From Acidobacteriota bacterium (GTDB lineage: Bacteria; Acidobacteriota; UBA6911; JACQSX01), in NCBI GenBank assembly GCA_036507075.1, contig DASXQR010000148.1, positions 1 through 42,993 of the forward strand: 42,993 bases of DNA, read 5' to 3'. Position numbers and translations under genes: made by a program. The stretch's first letter is position 1. Each line of letters opens with the position of its first letter. Shown piece by piece: positions 9,518-19,100 of the stretch. The notes under the pieces were generated by a model, which searched no databases, was not told where the DNA came from, and worked only from the letters and a program-made list of their open reading frames with translations.

Positions 9518-9525
9518 GGGGCTCA

Positions 9526-11289
9526 ATGGATAAAACGCTCATAGTTCAAACCGGCTCTGTTCCCGCATTACTGTGGCTGCTCCGCCGGCACGCACTGCAA
9601 ACCGGGGTGTGTGTGGTGGCCCTGAATGCCGAGAATGTGCGACAGTACCTGCGTGTGGCGGCGAGCCTGGATGTCCGGTATTTCCGCGATAACCGGGATG
9701 CTGAACGAATTCTTCAGGACTGTTCACAATACAGCCGCGTCCTGTACCTGGGCGGAACCGCGTTCCCTGTTTTACGCCGCACGGTGCGCAAAGTCTTTCC
9801 CAGCGCCGAGCAAGTAGCCCCCGAGCAGTCCCCCGATTGGCCTGAATTCCTGGATGATTTTGATCGCAACGTTCGACGCGACAGCGTGCTTCTGATTCAA
9901 ACCACGGACGCGGCATTTGTCGCAGATTACGTGAGTAAGATTCTTCCCCGGCTCGGACTGGCGCGGCCCTCCATCAATCTGTTGTGCAGCCGGGATGAAG
10001 CTGCCCGCTGGAGAAGCCTGCATCCTGATTGGCGCTGCTGGATCGCTGAGTCAAAGCAAGGCTTTTTTACCCTGGCGGGAGAGCTCCGCAGGCAAAAATT
10101 CGATGCTGCCATTGCCTTTTTTACAGGAGACAAAAAGTTTAACCGCCTCAAGCTTCTGCTTATGGCGACCGGAGCGCGCCAAAAAATCGCCGTCAACGAA
10201 CACATGCAGTTCCTGCCCGCGCGATTAGGCAGCCTGCTGTACCTGAACTGGCAGAGCATGCGGCATCGATCAGCCGGCAAAGGCTTGGACCACGCGGTCA
10301 CCCGAGTGCTCTTTGTGCAAACCTGGGATACCGAGCGCACACTCATTGTTCTAAAGCACCTGCGCGAGATAGCTCCTTTTTATAAACCGAAGTACACGCT
10401 GCTTACGCGGGAAGATCACGCGCCCGCCTTTTCAAACGTGCCGCCGATCAACGAAATCCTCAGCTATCCGGTCGACTCCGGGGTAAAAGCGCAACTGAAA
10501 ATGCTGCGAACCATTCGGGACAAATGTTTTGACGGTGTGATCGTGACGTTCACCGAAGAACCTTCATTTCGCAAACTAAAGCTCCTGCCGTTCGTTCTTT
10601 CCATCCGTTACAAGCTGATTTTCAACCGTCATTATGATTGCTTCTTTCTCACGCCGGCCAAATTTGCGGCATATACCGCAAAGCTGAGCGCCCACCGTTA
10701 CCAAAGATTGTTTCGACACGGACGCGGGTACAACAAGGTGGTGATCGTCCAAACGTGGGATGACGAGAGGACGTTAGAGATTTTGAACCGTCTCTCCAAC
10801 CTCCGGCTTTTCCATAAGCCTCGCTATACGATGGTTGCGCGCGAAGACAAGGTCCCGGTATTTTCGCGATACGGGTGGATTGAAGAGTTCATCACCTATC
10901 CCCGCACGGGAAGAGCCATCGACTATTGGCGGTGCTTGCGCCGGCTGCAGAAACAGGGATTTGATGCCGCCGTGCTTGCGCTGACCGAGCAACCCACCTA
11001 CCGGCTGTGGAAATGGATCCCCTTCCTGGCGGGAATCCGGTCCAAGCTGGTCTTCAACCGCCATTTGGACTGCTTTTTTTACACCCCCGGGAAGTTTCTG
11101 CAGTACTGGGCTCAACGGCATCTGGATGACGCCGGCCGGGCGCGAGCTGCTGTGCCGACACTGATCTGGCTGATCTTATTGCCTTTGGTGAGGGGGATTC
11201 TGTTTCCTGGAAGGTTTTTCTATCTCGTGACTTCTGTCACATTAAGGAAACTGGCCAGAGCCTATAATGCGAATCGTCCAATGAGTTAA
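9526..11289 (+). CDS. Hypothetical protein with four tandem ~120-145-aa modules resembling the N-terminal Rossmann half of GT9/GT-B glycosyltransferases, with a C-terminal hydrophobic helix
   Basis: Modules start TLIVQTG, VLLIQTTD (~9883), VLFVQTWD (~10303) and VVIVQTWD (~10735); modules 2-4 share R..xFD....(F/L)T....(F/Y)..xK......R.K...N.H. Confidence 0.7.
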   Translation: MDKTLIVQTGSVPALLWLLRRHALQTGVCVVALNAENVRQYLRVAASLDVRYFRDNRDAERILQDCSQYSRVLYLGGTAFPVLRRTVRKVFPSAEQVAPEQSPDWPEFLDDFDRNVRRDSVLLIQTTDAAFVADYVSKILPRLGLARPSINLLCSRDEAARWRSLHPDWRCWIAESKQGFFTLAGELRRQKFDAAIAFFTGDKKFNRLKLLLMATGARQKIAVNEHMQFLPARLGSLLYLNWQSMRHRSAGKGLDHAVTRVLFVQTWDTERTLIVLKHLREIAPFYKPKYTLLTREDHAPAFSNVPPINEILSYPVDSGVKAQLKMLRTIRDKCFDGVIVTFTEEPSFRKLKLLPFVLSIRYKLIFNRHYDCFFLTPAKFAAYTAKLSAHRYQRLFRHGRGYNKVVIVQTWDDERTLEILNRLSNLRLFHKPRYTMVAREDKVPVFSRYGWIEEFITYPRTGRAIDYWRCLRRLQKQGFDAAVLALTEQPTYRLWKWIPFLAGIRSKLVFNRHLDCFFYTPGKFLQYWAQRHLDDAGRARAAVPTLIWLILLPLVRGILFPGRFFYLVTSVTLRKLARAYNANRPMS

Positions 11290-11293
11290 TGTA

Positions 11294-11375
11294 ACGGTGG
11301 CGCCTTACCACCGTGGACCGGGTTTGGCAATAAATCGGGCCCCCCTAACCGTCATGCCAAATCCGGTCTTTTTTT
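11294..11375 (+). terminator. Double hairpin ending in a U-tract (terminator of the glycan operon, possibly a structured RNA)
   Basis: acggtgg/ccaccgt stem, then a 14-bp stem gaccgggtttggca/tgccaaatccggtc followed by TTTTTTT. Confidence 0.6.
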
Positions 11376-11448
11376 ATCCCCGTTTTTATCCCCGGAAAAA
11401 CTTCACCGCGAGGACGCAGAAGCGCGAATGTGACAAGGCTCACAGTTG

Positions 11449-11696
11449 AGCCGAGCCGCGCGCCAGCAAAGGTCATTGGTCATTGGTCATTCGTCATTGG
11501 TTGTCATTGGTCATTCGTCCATTGGTAGTCATTGGTGATTAGTCATTAGTCGTGCAGTGGTCATTATGAAAGTGCAGGCGCTTGATGCCTTGGTTGCAAA
11601 AAATTTGAGCCACCGAGGCGCAAAGACAGTTTTCCAAAATGACGAATGACCAATGACCAATGACGAATGACCAATGACTAATGACGAATGACCTTT
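11449..11696. repeat. Inverted-repeat hairpin element, (GTCATTG)n 7-mer family, with a nested CACNAAG mini hairpin
   Basis: aaaggtcattggtcattggtcattcg... (from 11468) and ...aatgaccaatgactaatgacgaatgaccttt (to 11696); the lead-in agccgagccgcgcgccagc is shared with the 42054-42184 element; inner cttgatgccttggttgc...gccaccgaggcgcaaag at 11581-11628. Confidence 0.88.
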
Positions 11697-11703
11697 CGAC
11701 TGT

Positions 11704-12129
11704 TTAAGGTTTTGAGACTTCTTCGAGCACTTCTGCCTTGTCGCCGCTCGATGTCGCGCTGGCGGCAACGTCGGCCATGGCGATGATTCCGACCAGTTTG
11801 CCCCCCTTCTCGACGATCGGAATGCGCCGCACCTGATGTTCTTCCATCAGTTCCATGGCATCTTCCAGATCGTCATCCGGCGTGCAGGTGACCGGATTGC
11901 GCGTCATGCATTCTTCTACTTTGACCCTTGAGGGTTGCCAGTCTTCAACGATTACCTGCAGGCACAGGTCGCGATCCGTCACGACTCCCACAAGTTTTCT
12001 GGACGTAGTGTCTTCCACCACGGGAACGATCCCGACATTCTCCTCTTTCATGATTTGGGCAGCTTCGGGGGTCGGCGCCGAAGGCGTGCAAAACCTCGGA
12101 TTGGACGACATAACTTCTCTGCACTTCAT
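11704..12129 (-). CDS. CBS domain pair protein
   Basis: VMSSNP...AAQIMKEENVGIVPVV...LVGVVTDRDL...CMTRNPVTC.PDDDLEDAMELMEEHQVRRIPIV...GIIAMADV. Confidence 0.92.
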   Translation of the reverse strand: MKCREVMSSNPRFCTPSAPTPEAAQIMKEENVGIVPVVEDTTSRKLVGVVTDRDLCLQVIVEDWQPSRVKVEECMTRNPVTCTPDDDLEDAMELMEEHQVRRIPIVEKGGKLVGIIAMADVAASATSSGDKAEVLEEVSKP

Positions 12130-12228
12130 AATGGCCTCCTGGAATATTTTTCTGACAGCACCGGAGATGTTCGTCCGGTAATTTCAGTATAGTTGGGAGG
12201 TCGATGAAGGCAAGCCCGCGCGTCAAAT

Positions 12229-13779
12229 TCAGACTTTCCCCTTGACCGCGGGGACTTGGATCTCGCCGAGGATCTGTTTTTCATGCAGCGCTTTGTTTAC
12301 CGCGTTCAGGTAGGCGCGCGCGCTTGCATCAATCAGGTCCGTGCTGGCCGCCTTACCGGTGTAGGTCTTCTCCCCGAACAGAACATGGACGAACGCTTCG
12401 CCGAGCGCGTCCTTTCCGCGAGTGACCGATGACAGCGTGTAGTCCAGCAGCCTGCCCGACAGGCCGGTAATCTTATCGATCGCCCGATAGGTGGCGGCAA
12501 TCGGGCCGTCGCCTGTGCACGAGTCAAGCCAGGATTCGTCTCCGCGCGCCAGCCGCACGGTAGCGGTGGCAACCGGCTGGTTTCCACCAATAACCTGCAG
12601 GTACTTCAGCGTGTAAGTGTCGGGAATGATCTTAATGCCATCCTGAATGATGGTGACCAGGTCTTCGTCGTACACTTCCTTTTTCTGGTCTGCGATTTTT
12701 GTGAAGAAGAAGTACGCCTTGTCGAGCTCTTCACCGGACAGTTCGTAGCCAAGATCCTCAAACTTCTTTTTCAGCGCATGGCGGCCGGAGTGCTTGCCCA
12801 GGACCAGCGTGCTGCTGGAAATACCCACCGACTGGGGAGTCATGATCTCGTAGGTGAGCGCGTTCTTCAGCATGCCGTCCTGATGAATCCCCGCCTCGTG
12901 CGCAAAAGCATTTTTCCCCACAATCGCTTTGTTTGGCTGCACGAAAATGCCCGTCAGATTGGAAAGCAGGCGGCTGGAGCGGTAGATTTCGTCGGTTCTG
13001 ATATCGGTGTGATGTTCCAGCGCTTCGCCGCGCGTGCGCAGCGCCATCACAATTTCTTCCAGCGAAGCATTCCCCGCCCGCTCCCCGATGCCGTTGACCG
13101 TGCATTCGACCTGCCTGGCGCCGTTCTGGATCGCCGCCAGCGAATTCGCCACGGCCAGTCCAAGATCGTTGTGGCAGTGACTGCTGAATACCGCCCTTCC
13201 GCTGTTGGGAACGCGCTGCAGAATGTTCCGAAAGAGCGCGCCAAATTCGCCGGGAACGGCGTAGCCGACCGTGTCGGGAATGTTGATGACCGCAGCTCCG
13301 GCCTCGATGGCGGCTTCAAATATTTTGCACAGGTAATCGATATCGGACCGCGTCGCGTCTTCGGCTGAGAACTCCACTTCCTCGCAAAGCGAACGGGCGT
13401 AGCGAACTGCATCGACAGCCTGCTCGAGGACCTGTTCGCGCGTCTTCTTCAATTTATGTTGAAGGTGGATGTCTGAAGTGGCAATGAAGGTGTGGATGCG
13501 AGCCTTGCGCGCATGCTGAACAGCCTGCCAGGCGCGGTCAATGTCGCCCCGGGTGGCGCGCGCCAGCGCCGCAATGGTCGGCCGGCGAACCTTCTGCGCG
13601 ATGGCGCTGACGCCTTCGAAGTCGCCCTCGGAAGTTATGGGAAATCCGGCTTCGATGATGTCGACGTTCAGCCGCTCCAGTTGCTGCGCCATCTTGACCT
13701 TTTCTTCAAGGTTCAAACTGGCGCCGGGAGATTGTTCTCCGTCGCGCAGCGTGGTGTCGAAAACAAAGATCTTGCTCAT
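12229..13779 (-). CDS. leuA: 2-isopropylmalate synthase
   Basis: [52 protein letters not shown]-terminal regulatory domain. Confidence 0.97.
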   Translation of the reverse strand: MSKIFVFDTTLRDGEQSPGASLNLEEKVKMAQQLERLNVDIIEAGFPITSEGDFEGVSAIAQKVRRPTIAALARATRGDIDRAWQAVQHARKARIHTFIATSDIHLQHKLKKTREQVLEQAVDAVRYARSLCEEVEFSAEDATRSDIDYLCKIFEAAIEAGAAVINIPDTVGYAVPGEFGALFRNILQRVPNSGRAVFSSHCHNDLGLAVANSLAAIQNGARQVECTVNGIGERAGNASLEEIVMALRTRGEALEHHTDIRTDEIYRSSRLLSNLTGIFVQPNKAIVGKNAFAHEAGIHQDGMLKNALTYEIMTPQSVGISSSTLVLGKHSGRHALKKKFEDLGYELSGEELDKAYFFFTKIADQKKEVYDEDLVTIIQDGIKIIPDTYTLKYLQVIGGNQPVATATVRLARGDESWLDSCTGDGPIAATYRAIDKITGLSGRLLDYTLSSVTRGKDALGEAFVHVLFGEKTYTGKAASTDLIDASARAYLNAVNKALHEKQILGEIQVPAVKGKV

Positions 13780-13863
13780 AAGCCTCCTGTACGACTTCCC
13801 CTCACGCGAGCAAGGAATTTAGCACAGCCAGACGGCGCCGGTCAAAAGTCGGTTTCCGCTTCA

Positions 13864-14181
13864 GGTTACGGGTCGTCGGGTTCCGGGTTGGCGCGTTGCG
13901 GGTTGACGGGTTCCGAATTGCGGGTTTGAGAAAAGTCGAATGCCCGAATGTCAAAGGTCGCGAAACTCGAGTGCGTAAGTTCAGATTTTCTAGGTATGAT
14001 TGTGGTCGATACCTCTGGATGTCAAGCTCTGGAAGATCTTCTACCTTCGACGCTTCTAAACGCGAAACTCAACCCGCAACCCGTCAACCCAAAACCCGGA
14101 ACCCGAAACTCGACAACCCGCAACCCGGAACTCGACAAGCCGGAACTCGACAACCCGACAACCCGGAACCCGGTAACCCGT
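13864..14181. repeat. Inverted-repeat hairpin element, (CGGGTTN)n / (AACCCGN)n 7-8-mer family
   Basis: Left arm 13864-13930, right arm ~14068-14181; the spacer holds a remnant gtcgaatgcccgaatgtcaaagg...ccttcgac pair. Confidence 0.85.
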
Positions 14182-14203
14182 ATCACGCGTTAACGTGTTC
14201 ATT

Positions 14204-14231
14204 TTGACTAAGCTTTGTTTTTTCTTATAAT
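14204..14231 (+). promoter_or_regulatory. Sigma70-type promoter for ku
   Basis: TTGACT-N16-TATAAT; GGAGGA RBS at 14244-14249 before the ATG at 14256. Confidence 0.7.
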
Positions 14232-14255
14232 TAAGATGGTGCTGGAGGAAAACTC

Positions 14256-15089
14256 ATGAGACCTATCTGGTCCGGTTCGATTACGTTCGGTTTGGTTTCT
14301 GTTCCGGTGCAATTGCATTCCGCGCTCAATTACAACGACATCTCCTTTAACCTGTTGCACGGCGTTTGCAAAACGCGCATCAAGCAGCAGACTTATTGCC
14401 CGCATTGCGAGCGCGTGGTAGACCGCAAGGAATTGGTGCGCGGCTACGAATACGCCAAGGACCAGTATGTGATCATGGAGGACAAGGATTTCGAAAAACT
14501 GGAAGTGTCCGCCACGCGCAATATCGACGTGCATGCGTTTGTGAATCTGGCCGAAGTCGATCCGATATTTTTCAGCCGGCCCTATTTTCTGACGCCTGAG
14601 GGAGAGAGCCAGAAGCCTTTTGTCCTGTTCACCCAGGCCATGGAAGAGAGCCACAAGGCGGCGGTGGTCAAGTTTGTGATGCGCGAAAAGGAATATGTCG
14701 GATGCATTGCTCCCCACGGAAAGGCCCTGGTGCTTTATGTGATGCATCACAAGGACGACGTAAAAGACGTGAAGGATTTCGGCGTCGATTATAAGGGCCA
14801 GGTGCGGGACAAAGAGGTCCAGTTGGCGCAGCAGATCATTGACAACCTCACCGAACGCTTCGACCCCGACTTTCTGAAGGATGACTACCAGGAAAAGCTG
14901 CGGGAGATTCTCGAGCAGAAGGCCAAAGGCCGTGAAATCAAACTGGCCCCGGCAAAGCGTCCTCCTGCGAAGGTGGTGAATCTGATGGACGCGCTCAAGC
15001 AAAGTGTGGCCGTCACAGCCAAGGAAAAAGGAAGGCCGGCGGCCCATGCGTCTTCCATCGAAAAGAAACGACGCAAGGCCTCGGGGTAG
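14256..15089 (+). CDS. ku: Ku protein (non-homologous end joining)
   Basis: MRPIWSGSITFGLVSVPV, RIKQQTYCPHC...ELVRGYEYAKDQYV, FVNLAEVDPIFFSRPYFL, VVNLMDALKQS and a basic tail. Confidence 0.95.
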   Translation: MRPIWSGSITFGLVSVPVQLHSALNYNDISFNLLHGVCKTRIKQQTYCPHCERVVDRKELVRGYEYAKDQYVIMEDKDFEKLEVSATRNIDVHAFVNLAEVDPIFFSRPYFLTPEGESQKPFVLFTQAMEESHKAAVVKFVMREKEYVGCIAPHGKALVLYVMHHKDDVKDVKDFGVDYKGQVRDKEVQLAQQIIDNLTERFDPDFLKDDYQEKLREILEQKAKGREIKLAPAKRPPAKVVNLMDALKQSVAVTAKEKGRPAAHASSIEKKRRKASG

Positions 15090-15105
15090 GAAGAGCGAAA
15101 GGGGA

Positions 15106-15963
15106 ATGTACAGCGCAAAAGAGGCGTCGAAGATTCTTAACGTAGGCGAATCGAAAATCCGCTACTGGGCACGCATCGGTCTGGTCAAGCCCAGCATTCG
15201 CACCTCCAATCGAAAACATTACAGCTTTCAGGACCTGATCTGTCTTCGCACCGCAAAAACGCTGGTTGAGAATGGTTATGCCCCTCACCGCATCAAGGCC
15301 TGCCTTCGTAATCTGCAGGCGTTTTTTCCGGAAGGCAATCACCGGCTTCACGCGCTCAAGATTTTCGGCGATGGACGCAAGCTGATTGTCGACGTGGGCG
15401 GACGTCTGGTGGATTCCAATACGGGGCAGCAGATCCTGCACTTTCACGTCGACCGGGAAGTGCGCGATCTGCGCATTAAGATTCGCGACATCGCCGGACG
15501 CACCGAAGATGCGCAATTCTGGTTTGAGCGCGGCACTTACCTTGACGGCGATCCGGAAACCTACCAGGAAGCGATCCAGGCGTACGAAAACTGCATTCGT
15601 CTGGACTCGTCACACACGCATGCCTATGTCAACATGGGAAACGTCTACTACAACATGGGACAGACGGCTCGAGCCGAGCAGCTCTACCGGCATGCGCTCG
15701 AGCGGGACGCCGATCATCCTCAGGGACACTACAACCTGGGAAACGTGCTGGAGGAACATGGAAGGCTGCAGGAAGCCATTTTCCACTGGAAACGCTCCTT
15801 CGAGCTTGACGCGGGATTTCCCGATCCCCTGTTCAACCTCGCGTTGATCTATCAGAAGATGAACATGCGCAAGGAAGCCAAGGCTTACTGGAAAAAGTAC
15901 CTGCAACTGGATCCGAGCAGTCCCTGGGCCGACATGGCTCGAAACCAACTAAAGAATCTCTGA
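15106..15963 (+). CDS. MerR-type HTH + tetratricopeptide-repeat protein
   Basis: YSAKEASKILNVGESKIRYWARIGLVKP...HYSFQDLICLR (MerR HTH), then about four TPRs (AYVNMGNVYY, GHYNLGNVL, PLFNLALIY). Start re-called at ATG 15106, after the ku stop. Confidence 0.88.
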   Translation: MYSAKEASKILNVGESKIRYWARIGLVKPSIRTSNRKHYSFQDLICLRTAKTLVENGYAPHRIKACLRNLQAFFPEGNHRLHALKIFGDGRKLIVDVGGRLVDSNTGQQILHFHVDREVRDLRIKIRDIAGRTEDAQFWFERGTYLDGDPETYQEAIQAYENCIRLDSSHTHAYVNMGNVYYNMGQTARAEQLYRHALERDADHPQGHYNLGNVLEEHGRLQEAIFHWKRSFELDAGFPDPLFNLALIYQKMNMRKEAKAYWKKYLQLDPSSPWADMARNQLKNL

Positions 15964-15965
15964 GT

Positions 15966-16030
15966 ACACGAAAAGATTCGTGTAATTCGTGTAATTCGTG
16001 TAATTCGTGCTCGACTCTGAAATTCGTGTT
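15966..16030. repeat. One-armed (ATTCGTGTA)n 9-mer repeat remnant
   Basis: acacgaa-aaga-ttcgtgt hairpin overlapping four near-perfect attcgtgta units, plus aattcgtgtt; starts 2 nt after the TPR gene stop. Confidence 0.75.
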
Positions 16031-16130
16031 CAAGTCCCATATTTTTACTTTCTTTTATCGTTAACATAGGGTTATATTGGCCTCAAACACTAAAAGCAAT
16101 CGTTTGCCGCATTGTTAAAGGGAGGGGATC

Positions 16131-19100
16131 ATGGCGGTTTTCACCCGTGTCGCATTGGTTTCTTTAATACTCACCTCAATACTCACCTCGTCGATCTTCG
16201 CGCAGGACCCGAGGGGAACCATTACCGGGCGGGTGACCGACAGCACGGGTTCTGTCGTGCCCGGAGTAGAAGTACGGGCCACCAAGCTTGATACCGGGGT
16301 GGCTGCCACCGCCATCACCAATGACTCGGGAGCCTATGCGCTTCCCTTCCTTCTTCCCGGCAACTACCGGATCACCAGCGAGCTGCCGGGCTTTAAGAAA
16401 TATGTGCGGGACGGCGTTCAGGTGCGCGTGAGCGAAACGGTTGAACTGAATATCCAAATGGAAGTCGGTGAGGTCACCGAAAGCGTGATCGTCACGGCCG
16501 AGACCCCGCTTCTAGACGTGAGCGGCTCTTCACTGGGACAGGTCATTGACCAGCGCCGCGTGCTCGAACTTCCGCTGCTTGCGGGCAATCCCATGGAGCT
16601 GACCCTGCTCACTCCGGGAGTGATCAACGGAACAGACATGCGGCTGCGCAAACCCGCCTTCAACAACGGGCAGTCGCAGATCGCCACCGATGGGAACGGC
16701 CTGAAAAATAATGAATTTCAGATCGACGGAGTGTCCAATACTTTTGCCGAAGGAGGAGGAGCTGCCCGCGTGGCCTTCAGCCCGCCCACGTCATCAGTCA
16801 AAGAATTCAAGATGCAGACCAGCCCCTACGATGCAAGCATCGGCCACACGATCGGAGCCGTGGTGAACGTCAGCACCGCCAGCGGAACCAATCAGGTTCA
16901 TGGAGAGGCGCACTACTGGGCTCGAAACAGCGCTTTTGACGCGCCAAATTTCTTCAATAATAAGAATGGCACGCAGGTCCCCGTCTACCAGGACAATCGA
17001 TATGGCGCATCGGCCGGAGGACCGATCTACATTCCGAAACTCTACAAAGGCAAGAACCGCACCTTCTGGTATTACACCTGGGAGGCGAACAAGTGGGGAG
17101 TTCCGGGAACGTTTACCGGAACGGTTCCCACGGCAGCGCAGCGCCGCGGCGATTTTTCAGACCTCCTGAAGCAGGGCACCCGGTACCAGATCTATGATCC
17201 CGCTACCATCGCAACAGCCCCCGGGGGGCGTTTCAGCAGGCAACCGTTCGCAAATAACATCATCCCCGCCAACCGTCTTGATCCGGTCGGGTCGAAGCTG
17301 GTCAACCTGTATCCTTTGCCAAACCGCCAGGGAACCGCCGACGGCCGCAACAATTATTTCAACACGACAAAGGCGATCGAGGATTACTACGTTCATCTGG
17401 GACGCGTCGACCACGCCTTCAGCGAAACCCATCGCATGTTTGTGCGTTTCCATTACGACTTCTGGGAAGAAGACAAGAACGATCATTTCGGCAACCGCGT
17501 CAACGCCCTGATTTTGAATCGCATCAACCGGGGTCTGGCCGTGGATGACGTGCTCGTCTTAAGACCGACGCTGGTGCTGAATCTCCGCTATGGGATCACC
17601 AGCCAGGATTTCCCTGAGCACCGAGCCTCGCGAGGCTACGATCTGGCGTCTCTGGGGTTCTCCCCCGCTCTGGTGGGTTTGGTTGAAAAACCACTGGCCA
17701 CGATTCCGCGCGTCAATGCCGGGGGCTATTCCACGCTTGCTCCGTGGGAAAGCGGCGATGGATCCAACACCAGCCTTACTCACAGCCTGTCGGCCAACTT
17801 CACAAAACTGCAGGGAAGCCACAACCTGAAATTCGGAGCCGATTTGCGCGTTTATCGCGCTTTTGGAAACCGCTTCCCGCAGGCCACTGCTCCCGATCTT
17901 AACTACCCGAGCCTGTACACGCGCGGCCCGTTCGACAACGCCGCGACCGCGCCTATCGGACAGGAACTGGCTGCGATGCTTCTGGGAATCCCGGGCGGAA
18001 CGATGCAGACCAATGCCAGTTTTGCAATGCAGGACAAATTCCTCGGGCTGTATCTTCATGATGATTTTAAGTGGAATGACAAGCTCACGCTTAATCTGGG
18101 GCTTCGATACGAAATCGAGACTCCGATTACGGAAAGATTCGACCGTCTGGTAGCGGGATTTGCCTACGGCGCGTCCAATCCGATCGAAGCCGCGGCACGC
18201 GCCAATTACGCGCGCAATCCGATCCCCGAGCTGGCGCCGGAAAATTTCCGGGTGCTGGGCGGAGTGACATACTTGAACGCCGCCGGGGTGGGACGCAGCC
18301 CCTTCCGCGGAGAAAAGAACAATTTAATGCCTCGAATCGGTCTGGCCTACAAACTGACAGAGCAGACCATTCTTCGCGCCGGTTATGGAATCTTCTACGA
18401 CACCAATGGAGTGAACGGTACGGCTCCCATACAGGTCGGCTTTTCGCAATCGACACCGATCCAACCTTCCCTGGACAATGGCCTGACCTTCATCGCCAAC
18501 AATGCCAATCCATTTCCCAGCGGCCTTCTCAAGCCGCGCGGAGCCGCCGGCGGCCTGACCACCAATCTCGGCCAGGATCTGAACTTTTATTTTCGTGATT
18601 TGACTCAGCCGTACGCGCAACGCTGGTCCTTTGGAGTGCAGCAGCTCCTTCCCTATCAATTCCTGGTGGACATGAGCTACGTGGGCAACCGCGGCACGCG
18701 CCTGGGGGTGTTTCGCGAACTCAATGCCACGACGGCCAAATACCTCAGCACCAGTCCGGTGCGCGACCAGAAAACGATTGATTTTCTTACCGCGCAATTC
18801 CCCAGCCCCTTCCGCGGCACAGACCCGATTTTTGGCGCGAACATTCAGCGCGCCGGCTTGCTTCGTGCGTATCCTCAGTTCGGAAATATCCAGGTGGAGG
18901 AACCGATCGGTTACTCCTGGTATCACTCGCTGCAGATGCGCGGCGAACGACGATTTTCTCAAGGCTACACGTTTCAGCTTGCCTACACCTGGTCAAAATT
19001 GATGGAGGCGCTGCAGTTTCTCAATTCAACCGATCCGTTGCCCTACGAAATAATCGGCGGTCTGGATAGAACACACCGTCTCGCCATGAGCGGAATCTGG

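Noticed and set aside
9335..9544. Short ORFs over repeat elements (also 11529..11768, 13896..14207, 13948..14193, 15833..16033, 22563..22826, 25297..25599, 28443..28691, 41361..41564)
   Set aside because: These are low-complexity translations of tandem repeats (CGMRNAE, GHSSLVI, NPEPGT, ALGALG) with no recognisable family or RBS.
13780..13860. Leucine attenuator upstream of leuA
   Set aside because: No Leu-rich leader peptide or terminator/antiterminator pair is visible between the putative -10 and the RBS.
9330..14181. Repeat arrays as a possible CRISPR array
   Set aside because: Units are 6-10 nt, directly tandem and arranged as inverted arms; there are no 23-50 nt repeats with unique spacers and no cas genes.
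14208..15047. Long antisense or alternate-frame ORFs (also 24066..24965, 37139..37990, 37488..38282, 40518..41438, 6955..7740, 8440..9252)
   Set aside because: They are shadow frames of well-identified genes in GC-rich sequence and contain no motifs.
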